Source: Nitrospirota bacterium (GTDB taxonomy: Bacteria > Nitrospirota > UBA9217). From it: DNA of 64,000 nt. Below, in pieces: positions 42,106 through 53,241 of the stretch (positions are counted from its first letter, which is position 1; every line of letters begins with the position of its first letter). The position numbers and the translations under genes were made by a program. The notes under the pieces are model-generated. The model was not told the DNA's origin. It searched no databases and was given only the letters and a program-made list of their open reading frames with translations. The DNA is taken from assembly GCA_963754875.1 (NCBI GenBank), contig CAVWHO010000005.1, forward strand, positions 68,167-132,166, written 5' to 3'.

Positions 42106-43002
42106 CTAATTTTGCTGTTCAACTACATCCGACAATTTCCGAAGCACTTCCGGCGATAGTGCCCGTCTCTCTTTTGCGATGATGATGGTTTGTTTCGCAA
42201 GCTCCCGGTAAAGACCAAGAAGCTCCGGCGCTCTTGTTCGCATGGCGTCCATATGATCCCTGACCGTCTCTACATCGCCCCGGACAATGGGGCCGGTCAA
42301 CGCATCGGGAATCCCGGCGGATTCAATGTTCGCCAGCGTACCCTTGATGAGTGGAAGCACGGCTTTGAGCGCTTCCTTCTTATCCGCACCCAGTGCCTGG
42401 TAAAAGCAAAGTCCGAAATCCACAAGCGCAACGAAAAAATTCGATACTGCCACGGCGCCGGCATGGTAGAGGGCCGGGGAACTTTTATCCGAAAGCCACC
42501 CCGGCATATCCAGCTCAATGCCTTCCAAAGCCTTTACCAGACCCCTGGCTAACGCAATTACTTCCGGATCAGCTTCCAATCGAAAATAGGACCCGGGAAT
42601 ATTCTTTATACCGAGTTCCCTGCTCGGAATCGATTGAAGCGGATGGATGACCGCGCGGTATGCACCTGACTCTCGTGCGGAAGCCAGTAAATCCAGGGTG
42701 TGCGCGCCGGAGGTGTGTACAACGAGCATGCCTGGTCTGAACCCGCCACCCGATGCAATCGCATCACAAACGGTTTTGATCGCTCCGTCCGGGGTTGTAA
42801 TGAATATCACGTCAGCCGTCATCGCTGCTTGCACCACGTCGGTCAATGCTTTACCGGAGCCGATGAACGCCCGCGCTTTCTCTGCCGACTCCCGGGTGCG
42901 CGCAACAACTGCGGTAATGCTATATCCCGCCCGCTTGAGCAGGAGTCCCACGGAACTGCCGACGCGACCTGCGCCTATGATGGCGATGGTTTTCGCGGCC
43001 AT
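42106..43002 (-). CDS. Rossmann-like + DUF2520 protein (possible PanG-type ketopantoate reductase)
   Basis: IIGAGRVG, TTPD, VHTSGA, HPLQS, YHAGAV..SNF, ALTGPIVRGD. Confidence 0.85.
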   Translation of the reverse strand: MAAKTIAIIGAGRVGSSVGLLLKRAGYSITAVVARTRESAEKARAFIGSGKALTDVVQAAMTADVIFITTPDGAIKTVCDAIASGGGFRPGMLVVHTSGAHTLDLLASARESGAYRAVIHPLQSIPSRELGIKNIPGSYFRLEADPEVIALARGLVKALEGIELDMPGWLSDKSSPALYHAGAVAVSNFFVALVDFGLCFYQALGADKKEALKAVLPLIKGTLANIESAGIPDALTGPIVRGDVETVRDHMDAMRTRAPELLGLYRELAKQTIIIAKERRALSPEVLRKLSDVVEQQN

Positions 43003-43005
43003 AGT

Positions 43006-43776
43006 TTACGGGATCAGCTTGTCCAGCACTCCGTAATAACTGGTAAGCGCCTTGGAGTCGGCCGGAAGCTGAATAAGCGGCTTACCGTTCAAATCATACT
43101 CAAAGATCAGTTCGTCGGCAGGAACGAACCCTGCGAACTCCACGCCCTGTTGGGCTATTGCCTGCTGAAGCGATTTATCGTCGCTCGTACCGTCCTGCAC
43201 ACGGTTTACGATAAGGACGGTGCGCTTGACGTTCAGTTTCAGTTCTTTAACCAGTTCGCCGATACGTCCGGCTGTCATTATCCCGCGCACGGATGAGTCA
43301 CTGATGATGAGGAGCAGGTCCGTGTCCTGCGTGGTGCGACGGGAGAGATGCTCAAGACCGGCCTCGTTGTCCATGACCGTGTACGGATAGGTGTCGGCCA
43401 GCTTATCCATATACTTGCGAATGATGTTGTTCGCCGCACAGTAACAGCCCGCGCCCTCGGGCCTGCCCATCACGAGCAGATCAAAGCCCTTCGCTTCGAT
43501 GATCGCCTGCTGGATCTGGTAATCAAAGAGCTGCTCCATGCTCATGCCGCCGGGCCGGGGCGCCGTGGACTTAACCGCTTCAAGAGAGGTCTCCCGCAGC
43601 CGTCCCACCGTGGCATGTACATTCACACCGAGCACATCATGCAGGTTCGCATTGGCATCAGCGTCAACAGCCAGCACGGCCCCGCGCTTCTTTTCGGTCA
43701 AATATCGTATCGTAAGGCCGCAGAGGCTCGTCTTACCTGTGCCACCCTTGCCTGCTACTGCTATTGCAAAACCCAT
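43006..43776 (-). CDS. acsF: CooC/AcsF-type Ni-insertion ATPase
   Basis: VAGKGGTGKT, DADANANL, MGRPEGAGCYCAAN, DNEAGLEHLSR. Confidence 0.88.
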   Translation of the reverse strand: MGFAIAVAGKGGTGKTSLCGLTIRYLTEKKRGAVLAVDADANANLHDVLGVNVHATVGRLRETSLEAVKSTAPRPGGMSMEQLFDYQIQQAIIEAKGFDLLVMGRPEGAGCYCAANNIIRKYMDKLADTYPYTVMDNEAGLEHLSRRTTQDTDLLLIISDSSVRGIMTAGRIGELVKELKLNVKRTVLIVNRVQDGTSDDKSLQQAIAQQGVEFAGFVPADELIFEYDLNGKPLIQLPADSKALTSYYGVLDKLIP

Positions 43777-43878
43777 CTAGTATGAACCTTTCGAAACAAT
43801 GAACCGGAATCGGGGAACCGGCGATATCATCAACATCTTTTTTCCCGTTTCTCCCTTTCTCCGATTCGTTCTTCCTTA

Positions 43879-44610
43879 TTATTTTTTAACTACTCCGTAC
43901 TTCTTCCTGACCTCATCGATCTTTCCACAGGTCATCTTGCCCTCGGGGCAGGGAGCATGAAGACAACCGGGCCCGGACTTGGCGAAAATCGTCGGCGCCG
44001 TCTGCTTCAGCAAAGCGAGCATGCGCTCGGCCATGTCACGAATCTCCCACTGCGCCCGGTTACAGCACCGTACGCGGAAGAAGTGGAGGAGCTCTCGCCC
44101 GTTCATCGTGACCACTATTTTCGTCTCTGCCGCATTTGGCAGCAGATACCGCGCGTCCTGTTGTCCTGCTTCACCCTCGTACCCAAGCTCCCCGAGCCGT
44201 TTGAGTACGTTCGTATAGTTCATCTGCGCCTCGGCCATGCACTTCTCAAACTCGCGCACGAGTGCGGGGTCCTGCTTGATGCTCGGAGGAATTACATAAT
44301 CAAACTGCTCTGCCTTTACATATCGCTGGCTCTGCTGCGAGTAAGACGCAACGCGGTGGCGGACCAGCTGGTGCGAACATGCCCGTGAGATGCCCTCGAT
44401 GCCGAAGGTGAACGAGACATGCTCAATGGGAGAGAGGTGACCGATGGCCGCAAGCTTCTCCACGAACGCAGCCTGGTCTTTTTTCCCGAGTTTCTCCTTG
44501 AGCTCTTCTATCCCCGAGGGGCTGTAGCACAGTTTCGCTGCCATAGCCACAACGGATTCGGGTTCCGGCGTATGCTGGAGGAGAACTACGTTTAGAGTTG
44601 ATTCAGGCAT
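43879..44610 (-). CDS. thyX: FAD-dependent thymidylate synthase
   Basis: GHLSPIEH, SRACSHQLVRHRVASYSQQSQRYV, DARYLLPNA, RAQWEIR. Confidence 0.96.
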   Translation of the reverse strand: MPESTLNVVLLQHTPEPESVVAMAAKLCYSPSGIEELKEKLGKKDQAAFVEKLAAIGHLSPIEHVSFTFGIEGISRACSHQLVRHRVASYSQQSQRYVKAEQFDYVIPPSIKQDPALVREFEKCMAEAQMNYTNVLKRLGELGYEGEAGQQDARYLLPNAAETKIVVTMNGRELLHFFRVRCCNRAQWEIRDMAERMLALLKQTAPTIFAKSGPGCLHAPCPEGKMTCGKIDEVRKKYGVVKK

Positions 44611-44828
44611 GCAGTCCCCTCCTCTTAGCGGGAAGAGGACGTAGAGCAAAATGGTAAAAACGGGGTATTATAGCCATCGCATATCGAGTGAGTCAAGAAA
44701 AATTCAAGAAAAGTGACAAAATTTAAGAGTAATTATTTTAATTAACTTATAAATTTCATTGATAAAAAAGGCCTCGCTACGAAAAGTACACCACCGTTTG
44801 TTACGAATATATACATTAGTTTTTTTTA

Positions 44829-45629
44829 TTATTTGAAGCTATGCTCCTCATCGGGGAAGGTCCCGGACTCGACTTCCTGCTTATACTCTGTTACCGCTTT
44901 CATCGCCTGATCCTTGAGATGAGCATATTTTTTAACGAACTTAGGAGTGAACCGGTCAAAGAGCCCGAGGATATCATGGAGGACAAGCACCTGTCCGTCA
45001 CAATCCGGACCGGCGCCGATACCGATGGTGGGAATATGAAGGAGGTCATGTATTTCTTTAGCGAGTGAAGCGGGCATGGCTTCGAGCACTACGGAAAAGG
45101 CGCCCGCGTCCTGCACTGCTCTTGCATCCGCCAGGATCTTCTCACGAGCGGCCTCATTTTTGCCTTGGACCTTGAACCCCCCGAGAGCGTGAATGTATTG
45201 CGGGGTCAGTCCGATATGGGCCATCACCGGTATACCGGCGTTCACGATGGCCCGGATCGCATCAGCCATCTGGGTTCCGCCTTCAAGTTTCACGGCCTCT
45301 GCACCTGCTTCTTTCAGAAACCGGCCTGCATTTCTGACCGCCTCGGACTTGTCTGTTTGATAAGACAGAAAGGGCATATCGCCGACCACGAGGGATGACG
45401 ATGCCGCACGTGACACGATCTTCGTATGGTACAGCATCTCATCCATGGTCACCGGGAGCGTGCTGGTCAGCCCCTGGACCACCATGCCGAGCGAGTCGCC
45501 GACAAGGATCATGTCGATCCCTGCCTGGTCTACGATCTGTGCCGTGGGAAAATCGTAAGCCGTGAGCATGGTGAGCTTCTTGCCCTCGGTTTTTTTCTTA
45601 TACAGATCCAGGATGGTAGTTTTAGGCAT
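44829..45629 (-). CDS. panB: 3-methyl-2-oxobutanoate hydroxymethyltransferase
   Basis: [38 protein letters not shown]; start MPKTT at 45629. Confidence 0.97.
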   Translation of the reverse strand: MPKTTILDLYKKKTEGKKLTMLTAYDFPTAQIVDQAGIDMILVGDSLGMVVQGLTSTLPVTMDEMLYHTKIVSRAASSSLVVGDMPFLSYQTDKSEAVRNAGRFLKEAGAEAVKLEGGTQMADAIRAIVNAGIPVMAHIGLTPQYIHALGGFKVQGKNEAAREKILADARAVQDAGAFSVVLEAMPASLAKEIHDLLHIPTIGIGAGPDCDGQVLVLHDILGLFDRFTPKFVKKYAHLKDQAMKAVTEYKQEVESGTFPDEEHSFK

Positions 45630-45699
45630 ATACCTATCTCGATTTGGACCAAGACAACCGCGTTGCCGTCTGACGCCGACACGGTCGGCTCGCTCCAAA

Positions 45700-46665
45700 T
45701 TACGGTCTTGGATACAGTCCCGCTGCCTTGACAATCCCCTCGATGGCGCTCTCCCACTCGATGGCCTGAATATGAACGCCTTTGACGCCGGGGATCTCAA
45801 GGATCTGGTGGATAAGCTCCACGGTGATCTTGAGTCCTTCGGCTTCCTGCAGCTCGCGGGCCTTCTTTTTGTCGTCGCCTGCTGCTTCCTTTGCCTTGTT
45901 CATCCGGTCGATGAGCGGCTTCGGCACAGTTACGCCGGCAACGGAGGCGTCCATATACTTGAGCATCATGGCGCTCCGGGGAACGATGATGCCGCCGAGG
46001 ATAGCTGTCCGCTCCGTGAGCCCCAGGTTCCGCGCTTTTTCCATCTGCGACTTGAATATTTCCACGTCGTAGATTCCCTGGGTCTGGATGAAGTCGGCCC
46101 CGGCATCCACTTTTTTCTTGAGGTTATAGGGCCTGAAGTCGATCGGGTCTCCCATGGGCGTCCAGGAGGCGCCGATGAAAAACTTCGGCGCCACTTCGAT
46201 CTTGTCCCCGCCCTCCTGCAAACTCTCGTCGCGCATCTTTTTCATGATCCCGACAAGCTGACAGGTATCCACATCGTAAACGTTCTTTGCGCCCGGGTGG
46301 CCTTTGAGCTTGCCTGCTGCGCTGAACTTCTGGTGATCGCCGGCGATGCAGAGACAATTCTTGAGGCCCAAGGCTGCGGCGCCCAGGAGGTCCGCCTGCA
46401 TGGCAATGCGGTTCCGGTCCCGGCAGGTCATCTGCATGACCGGTTCGAGGCCTTCCCGCTGGGCAATGAATGCCGCGGCGATGCTCGAGATGCGCACCAC
46501 GGCGGTCTGGCAGTCGGTGATGTTCGCGGCGTCGCAAAAGCCCTTCAGCTTGTGGGCCTTTTCCACGACCTCTTTGCCATCGGCGCTCATGGGCGGCCCC
46601 AGCTCCGCCGTTACCGCAGGTTTTCCGCTTGCGATGACTCGTTCGAGGTTGCTTCCACTTTTCAT
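45700..46665 (-). CDS. metF: Methylenetetrahydrofolate reductase
   Basis: [44 protein letters not shown]. Confidence 0.94.
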   Translation of the reverse strand: MKSGSNLERVIASGKPAVTAELGPPMSADGKEVVEKAHKLKGFCDAANITDCQTAVVRISSIAAAFIAQREGLEPVMQMTCRDRNRIAMQADLLGAAALGLKNCLCIAGDHQKFSAAGKLKGHPGAKNVYDVDTCQLVGIMKKMRDESLQEGGDKIEVAPKFFIGASWTPMGDPIDFRPYNLKKKVDAGADFIQTQGIYDVEIFKSQMEKARNLGLTERTAILGGIIVPRSAMMLKYMDASVAGVTVPKPLIDRMNKAKEAAGDDKKKARELQEAEGLKITVELIHQILEIPGVKGVHIQAIEWESAIEGIVKAAGLYPRP

Positions 46666-46683
46666 TACGCTTATCCTCCAGCC

Positions 46684-47376
46684 TTAGGCTTTTTTCTCTT
46701 CTTCAAGGTCCATAATGTGCTCGAGCACCATCCTGCGCGGGCCGCCGTGCGTGCCAGAGGACCAGTTCCTCGGCGGTTGAATGGTGTACAACTCTTCAAG
46801 CTTGCCGAGCTTTTTCATGCGCTCAACGATCAGATACCACGCACAGTCCACCTCGTTGCTGACCTCGCACTTGCCCTTGTTCGTACCGCCGCAGGGACCA
46901 TTCATGAGTGACTTGGAGCAGCGCACGACCGGACAGATGCCGCCGGTCAGGTGAAGAATGCAGTTGCCGCACCCGCCGCAGAGCTCAACGAAGAATCCGG
47001 CCTTGGGTACGGCTCCGTAGAACGTCGTGTTGACTCCCGGGTAGACCGGGATGCTGTCGCCGATCTTCTCGGCGAGAAAGTTCACCCCCACGCCGCAGGC
47101 GGTCGAGAGCACCAGATCATAGGTCTTCACCTTTTCCATGAGCGGCTCGAAGAACTCGGGCTCGCAATGCCGCTCGATTGCGGCATGGTCGATCTGCATG
47201 CCCGAGCCTTCCTGGGTCGCTTTCATCCGGAGCATAGACGCCAGAATTTCCGCCTCCTTGCCGCCGCCCGCGTGGCTGATGGCAACGCAGGTGTTGCACC
47301 CGAAGACAAGGACCTTCTTGAAGCCCTTGACCATGTCCCAGATTTCGTCGAATGGTTTCTGTTTACCGACTATCAT
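46684..47376 (-). CDS. metV: MTHFR small Fe-S/zinc subunit MetV
   Basis: GCNTC, RHCE, ACGVG, CGGCGNCIL..TGGICPV.RCSKSLMNGPCGG...CAW. Confidence 0.9.
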   Translation of the reverse strand: MIVGKQKPFDEIWDMVKGFKKVLVFGCNTCVAISHAGGGKEAEILASMLRMKATQEGSGMQIDHAAIERHCEPEFFEPLMEKVKTYDLVLSTACGVGVNFLAEKIGDSIPVYPGVNTTFYGAVPKAGFFVELCGGCGNCILHLTGGICPVVRCSKSLMNGPCGGTNKGKCEVSNEVDCAWYLIVERMKKLGKLEELYTIQPPRNWSSGTHGGPRRMVLEHIMDLEEEKKA

Positions 47377-47383
47377 TGGTCAG

Positions 47384-47896
47384 TCACTCCTTTTCCGTGC
47401 CGCATAACTGTTGGTGTTTTGCGAGTGAGATCGGCGAAGGCCCGAGTTTCCGTATCTTCTCGACAAATTCGTTGCACATCTCCGCCCATCGCGGGCCCAT
47501 TGCCGCCGAAAGATTGAACATCTCCAGGCGCGCAGGGTCGATGCCGATCTTCGTCAGCAAGGTCTTTACGTATTCTATTCTTCGAGCCGCAAACTTATTA
47601 CCTTCCAGGTAATGGCATTGGCCTTTCAGTCAGCCGGCGGCAAAAACGCCGTCTACGCCTTTTTCGAAGGCCCGGAGGATATGGATATGGTCGAGCTTTC
47701 CCGTGCAGGGCAGGCGAATGATCTTGACGCTCGGTGAATAGGACAGACGCATAACGCCTGCCAGGTCCGCTGCCGCGAATGCACAGTAGTGGCACGCAAA
47801 GGCAATGACGTTCGGCTCCCAGCCCGCCGGTGTTTCGTGAGGTTTCTCGACGGACGAGACCACGACTTTTTCCGGTGTTTCTGATGCTACAGCCAT
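47384..47896 (-). CDS. mvhD: MvhD/FlpD [2Fe-2S] subunit, selenocysteine-containing
   Basis: FACHYCAFAAADLAG, LPCTGK, DGVFAAG-U(TGA 47630-47632)-LKGQCHYLEGN...RLEMFNLSAA...LGPSP continuing in frame to TGA 47384. Confidence 0.9.
47597..47613 (-). promoter_or_regulatory. SECIS-like hairpin of mvhD
   Basis: ATTACCT-GGA-AGGTAAT perfect hairpin with G-rich loop 16 nt after the UGA. Confidence 0.65.
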
Positions 47897-47932
47897 GGAT
47901 GCACTCCTTTCAAAAAAACTAAAATCTAATCT

Positions 47933-48067
47933 ACCACGGAGGCACAGAGAAAAACCAAATACTGATTTAGCGAATCAAAACCTTGAGCGTTTGCAGCTTT
48001 AAAATTTACTCATCTCTTGCTCTGATTTTCAGCTTCTTCTTTCTCCGTGTCTCTGTGTCTCAGTGGT
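47933..48067. repeat. Inverted 9-nt-period repeats between hdrA and mvhD
   Basis: ACCACGGAGGCACAGAGA vs reverse complement ACCACTGAGACACAGAGACACGGAG around an AT-rich spacer. Confidence 0.65.
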
Positions 48068-48089
48068 AAAAATTTTCTCTCTTTTAAGC

Positions 48090-51000
48090 CTACGACCCGA
48101 TCACGCCCGCTTCGGATTCCACGGCAGCGTCGATCATGGCGAGGATCTGGTCGTCCCGGAAATTGTTCACCTGGAACGCCTTTGCCGGGCAGATGCCCGC
48201 ACAGATCCCGCAGCCCATGCACTTGATCTCGTTGTGCGAGATCTTCCCGTCTTCGGCGATATACGGCGACCCGAAGGGGCAAACGCGGAGGCAGGAGAGG
48301 CAGGACATGCAGAGCTCCCGCTTGTGCTTGGCGATGATGCCGGAGACCGCGAGCTTCTCGTGGGACAGGATCACCCCTGCCCTTCCGGCTGCTGCCAACG
48401 CCTGGGCGATGGTCTCGTCAAGGTTCTTGGGCGCGTGCCCCAGACCGGCCACGAATAGTCCTTCGCTCGGAAAATCCACAGGACGGAGCTTCACGTGCGC
48501 CTCGAGGTAATAGCCGTCAGGGTTGCGCGTCACCTTGTACATGGCGCCGACGGCATCGGTCGTTGGATGGGGCCGGAGGCCGACGGAAAGAACAAGCCAG
48601 TCAGCATCAAACTGGAGCTCCCGGTTCAGCATAAAGTCCCATGCCTTGACCTGAACTTTGTTCCCTGCCTGTTCGACCACGGGCTTGCGGTCCACGTCGT
48701 AGCGGACGAAGAATACACCCAGATCGCGGGCTTGTTTGTAATAGTCCTCACGCAGACCGTAGGTCCTGATATCGCGGTAGAGGATGATGACCTCGGCTGA
48801 AGCATTCCGTTCTTTGATGGCAATGGCGTTCTTGATCGCATCCTGGCAGCAGACGCGGGAACAATACTGGGCAGGCTCTTCGCGGGAGCCCACGCACTGG
48901 ATCATCACATATCGTTCGCCTGCCTTGGGCGTGATATTTTCGCTGAACAGTTTCTTTTCCAGGTCGCGCTGGGTGATCACATTCGAGCTCGTGCCAGCCA
49001 GGTACTCCGTGGGCTGATATTCAACTCCGCCCGTTGCCAGGACGATGGCTCCGTGCTGAACAACGCTCCCATCTGAAAGGGTCGTCTCGAAATTGCCCAC
49101 AAAACCGTCGGACTTCCTGACTTCAGCACCCGTGTGAACGGTGATCTTCGGATGGGCCTTGACCTCGGCGATCTTCTGCCGCAAGGAACTGCTGCACGTC
49201 GGAACCATCAAGCGTGCGATAAAGGTTTTTCGCAAGGCCGCCGAGTTCCTTTTCCTTCTCAACGATGTGGGTGGGGAAGCCCTGGTCGGCAAGGGCCAGT
49301 GCGGAAGTCATACCCGCAACGCCGCCGCCGATGATCAGGCACGCAGGCGTTACGCCGACGCTCTCGCTCTTGAGCGGTTCCTGGAGCCGTGACTTGGCCA
49401 CGGCCATCTTCACGATCTTGATGGCTTTCTTCGTTGCTACCTCGTTCTGGCCTTTATGACACCAGGAGCACTGCTCGCGGATGTCGGCAAGGTCAAAGAG
49501 GTACTTGTTCAGGCCCGCCTCTTGGATCGTCTCCTGGAACAGCTTCTCGTGGGTCCGCGGAGTGCAGGACGCGATCACGACGCGGTTCAGGTTCTGGTCC
49601 TTGATCGTCTGTTTGATCACGTCCTGGTTGTCCTGGGCGCAGGCATAGATCGTATTCGTAACGTAGGCAACGCCTTTTTCTTTTTTAATAGCCTCGACCA
49701 CCTGGTCGATCTCGACAGTGGAAGAGATGTTCGTGCCGCAGTGGCAGACGAACACGCCGATGCGCGGCGCTTCACCGGCAACGTCTTTCTCGGGCGGCAA
49801 CTCCTTCTTCTTGGTCTGTGTCCCGCGCGCTTCGGCAAGAAGAGCCATGACACTTCCGGCCACACCGCTTCCCTGCATCACGGTGTCGGGAATGTCCTTG
49901 GGCCCCTGGTAAATGCCGGTAACGAATACGCCGTCACGCGAGGTCTTGACTGGCGTAAAGTGCGAGGTCTTGGCGAACTTGTACTGGTTCATCTCGATGC
50001 CGAAGGTCTTGGCGAATTCTACGGCATCGGCGTGGGGTTCGAAGCCCACGGACAGGACGACCATGTCGAAATTTTCATTCAGGAGCTTGCCCGTTTCATC
50101 GGAATAGCGGAGCACGAGATTGCCTGTTCCCGGCTCTTCCCGCACTGCCGAGACCATGGCACGCTTGTACTTGACGCCGTACTCGTTCTTTGCCCGCTCC
50201 ACGTACTTGTCGAAATCCTTGCCAAAGGCCCGCATCTCCATGTAGAAGACCGTGGGCTCGATGTTCTTATCATGTTCCTTGGCAATGATCGACTGCTTGG
50301 TGGCGTACATGCAGCAGACCGACGAGCACCAGGGGTTCGCATTGTGGTTGTCCCGGGAACCGACGCATTGTATCCAGGCTACCTTGACGGGGTGTTTCTG
50401 GTCAGAGGGCCGCTGCACCGTGCCCTTGTAGGGGCCGGACGCGGAAAGGATGCGCTCGAACTGGACCGATGATACCACGTTCTGCCAGCGGCCGAGGCCC
50501 AGCTCAGGCCTTACCCGCGCGTCATAGCGCTGGAGGCCGGGAGAGAGAATGATGGACCCTACGTTCAGTTCGAATTCTTTACCGGTGTCTTCGTAGTTGA
50601 TCGCGCCTGCCTTGCACGTCTTTTCGCACAAGCGGCAGCGTTTTTTCTGAGGATCGGTGAGACAAAGGCAGTTCTTGGAATCAATGGCCCGCGTATTCGG
50701 CACGGCCTGAGGAAAGAGGGAAAAGATGGCCTTGCGAGTTCCCAGCTGCTGGTCGAATTCGCTCGGCACTTTCTTGGGGCATTTCGCTTCACAGTCGCCG
50801 CAGCCCGTACATTTGCTCTGGTCCACATACCGGGGGGCCATCTTCACCTTGACCGTGAAATTTCCGGACTGGCCGGAAACGGAGGTCACCTCAGCCAGGG
50901 TATGTATATCGATATTGAGATGGCGGCCGACCTCGACCATCTTGGGCGAGATCATGCACATCGCGCAGTCGCCCGTGGGGAAGGTCTTGTCCAGCATGAC

Positions 51001-51147
51001 CATGGTCCCGCCCACGGAAGTTTCCCTCTGGACCATGTGGACCTTGAAGCCGCTTTCAGCAAGATCAAGGGCCGCCTGCATGCCGCCGATGCCGCCGCCG
51101 ACGATGAGGACCGATCCCTGTTTGTTCGAAGAGTTTTGTGCGCTCAT
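48090..51147 (-). CDS. hdrA: Large heterodisulfide reductase subunit A with duplicated FAD/Fe-S modules (apparent +1 frameshift ~49183)
   Basis: GGGIGGM, LDKTFPTGDC, QCVGSR...CSSVCC, GVFVCHCG, CTPRTHE, second GGGVAG and QCVGSR..CSRVCC, EAHVKLRPVD, C-terminal 2x[4Fe-4S]. Confidence 0.93.
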
Positions 51148-52019
51148 ATCAGGTTCAACTCCTTTAAGAGCCCCATGGCATCAACGAAATGGCGGTCGAC
51201 CTGCATGAGGGCGGGGTCGATCCCCATGGAGACGCCGATGAGTTCGGTGATGAAGTAGACCGGCAGCCGCTTGGCGATCCCGTACTTATCATTGACCTCG
51301 TCCTGGCAGGCGTCCACGTTCATCTGGCAGAGCGGGCAGGTGGTGACGATGCAGTTCGCGCCGCGGGCAGTGGCGTCCTTGAAAATGCGGGACATGAGAA
51401 GCTGCGACTGCTCGGCATCGTTGTATGCAGCAGAAGCGCCGCAGCAGTCCGTCTTGTAGCTCCAGTCGATGGGCTCGGCGCCCAGGGCCTTGCAGACGAT
51501 CTCCATGCCCTGGGGGTTCTCCACGTTATCAGGCACCTCGATATCAATGGGAAACCGCGTCAAAAGGCATCCGTAGTAGCACGCGGGCTTGAGGCCGGTG
51601 AGTTTCTTGGTTGCCTTGCCGGCAATCTCGCCGGAGGCTACCTTGGGCCGCAGGACTTCGAGGATGCTCGATACTTTGATCGTGCCTTGCACTTTATGGC
51701 CGAGCTCGACATTGATGGAGTCTTTGAGCGCGGCATCGGAAGCAAGCCTCTTCTGCGACACGAGGGTCCTGCTGTAACAGGAAGAGCAGGGAATGACGAT
51801 TTCAGAAAGACCGGTAGCGTCGGCGATGCCCAGGTTCCGCGCGGGCAGGGCGATGGACAGGAATTCATTGGTCTTGCTCGCCGCCGTTGCGCCGCAGCAG
51901 TTCCAGTCTTCGATCTCCTTGAGCTCGAGGCCCAGTTTGCCAAATACGAGCTTGCACTGGATATCGTAGAGCTTCGACGATGCGTGCAATGAACAACCGG
52001 GATAGTAGGCTATTTCCAT
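51144..52019 (-). CDS. hdrB: Heterodisulfide reductase subunit B
   Basis: YYPGCS, DWNCCG, PCSSC, YYGCLL, CCGAS, TCPLCQMN (two CCG domains). Confidence 0.94.
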   Translation of the reverse strand: MEIAYYPGCSLHASSKLYDIQCKLVFGKLGLELKEIEDWNCCGATAASKTNEFLSIALPARNLGIADATGLSEIVIPCSSCYSRTLVSQKRLASDAALKDSINVELGHKVQGTIKVSSILEVLRPKVASGEIAGKATKKLTGLKPACYYGCLLTRFPIDIEVPDNVENPQGMEIVCKALGAEPIDWSYKTDCCGASAAYNDAEQSQLLMSRIFKDATARGANCIVTTCPLCQMNVDACQDEVNDKYGIAKRLPVYFITELIGVSMGIDPALMQVDRHFVDAMGLLKELNLI

Positions 52020-52046
52020 AGTGCGGTACTCATCCTCTCTCGACCG

Positions 52047-52649
52047 TTAGCGGCCCTTGGACTTTTTGTAGAGGGCTTTTATTTCCGAACGGTTCTTGAC
52101 CCTGTCGATGCCGAAGTGCATCCGCTTCTTCTTCGTCATTGCTGCGCCGAGTTTGCCCTGGCTCACCATTTCATCGATCACCGCTTTCAGGTTTCCTTTA
52201 GCAAGCTCCTTGAAGAGCGTCTTGGTCTCATAGATGGCCATGCTCTCGATTTCGTTGAAACGGCCCAGGTGACCGGTCGTGGTCATGAAAGCATTGTGGA
52301 AATCGGCGATCCGCGGGGTGAGCGGCTTCAAATGTGCTTCCTTGGACATCAGCTTCAAGGTCTCGGTGATCCGCGCTGTCTGGATATTATTGGGGCAGCG
52401 CGTGCCGCAGGTGTAGCAGGCCACGCACTTCCATACGAGGAGATTATTGAGGGCGGCTTCCCTGTCTCCCACCAGGATCATTCTGATCAGCCGGTCCGGC
52501 GTCACGCCTGTCTCTTCCCCGACCGGGCAGCCGGCAGCGCACCGGCGGCATTGGTAGCAGGACTGGAGATTCTGGCCCGAACGGCTCATGACCTCCTCTA
52601 CCAGCGGTTTTGAGACCGAGGCCTCATATTTGAGAACTGATGATGTCAT
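52047..52649 (-). CDS. hdrC: Heterodisulfide reductase subunit C
   Basis: CYQCRRCAAGCP and WKCVACYTCGTRCP; upstream of hdrB. Confidence 0.92.
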   Translation of the reverse strand: MTSSVLKYEASVSKPLVEEVMSRSGQNLQSCYQCRRCAAGCPVGEETGVTPDRLIRMILVGDREAALNNLLVWKCVACYTCGTRCPNNIQTARITETLKLMSKEAHLKPLTPRIADFHNAFMTTTGHLGRFNEIESMAIYETKTLFKELAKGNLKAVIDEMVSQGKLGAAMTKKKRMHFGIDRVKNRSEIKALYKKSKGR

Positions 52650-52677
52650 GGATACTCCCTTACGTAGACTTAAACTG

Positions 52678-53241
52678 TTAATCCCGCGCCTTGAGGAACG
52701 CCAGCATCTCCAGACGCGTTGATTCCTTGGACCGGAAGGTGCCGCGAACCGCCGAAGTGATCACCCGCGACCCCGGCTTCTTCACGCCGCGCATGCTCAT
52801 GCAGAGATGCTCGGCGTCAATCACCACCATGGCTCCCCTCGGCTTGAGCCGGCTGACGATCAAGTCGGTGAACTGCGCCGTGAGCCGCTCCTGCACCTGG
52901 GGCCGTTTGGCGAGGACCTCAAGCGCCCGCGCCAAAGAACTGATGCCTACGATCTTGCCCGCACCCGGGATATACGCGATGTGCGCCTTGCCGAAGAACG
53001 GCAGCAGGTGATGTTCACACACGGAATAGAAGGGGATGTCGCGGATCATCACCATCTCGTCGTGGTTTTCACCCGCCATCGGCTTGAACAGCTGTTCGGT
53101 ATCGGCGGTAATCCCGGAAAATATGTCGCCGTACATCTCGGCAACGCGTTTTGGCGTGCTCTTGAGCCCCGGCCGGTCCGGGTCTTCGCCGATGCCCTCT
53201 ATGATCAGCCGCACACCCTTTTCTATTTTTTTCGTGTCCAT
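52678..53241 (-). CDS. folE: GTP cyclohydrolase I
   Basis: [44 protein letters not shown]. Confidence 0.96.
   Translation of the reverse strand: MDTKKIEKGVRLIIEGIGEDPDRPGLKSTPKRVAEMYGDIFSGITADTEQLFKPMAGENHDEMVMIRDIPFYSVCEHHLLPFFGKAHIAYIPGAGKIVGISSLARALEVLAKRPQVQERLTAQFTDLIVSRLKPRGAMVVIDAEHLCMSMRGVKKPGSRVITSAVRGTFRSKESTRLEMLAFLKARD

Noticed and set aside
32777..47632. fdh and mvhD as nonsense-truncated pseudogenes
   Set aside because: Both TGAs fall at conserved Cys/Sec positions, the frames continue, and SECIS-like hairpins follow.
16390..49190. Programmed ribosomal frameshifting in gltX, acsC, acsD, hdrA
   Set aside because: No shared slippery heptamer or stimulatory structure; scattered single-base doublings fit sequencing error better.
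32543..51992. Long plus-strand ORFs (e.g. 32543-34036, 34270-35670, 37199-38572, 45562-46911, 49456-50472)
   Set aside because: Antisense shadows of GC3-rich minus-strand genes; no recognisable motifs or RBS.
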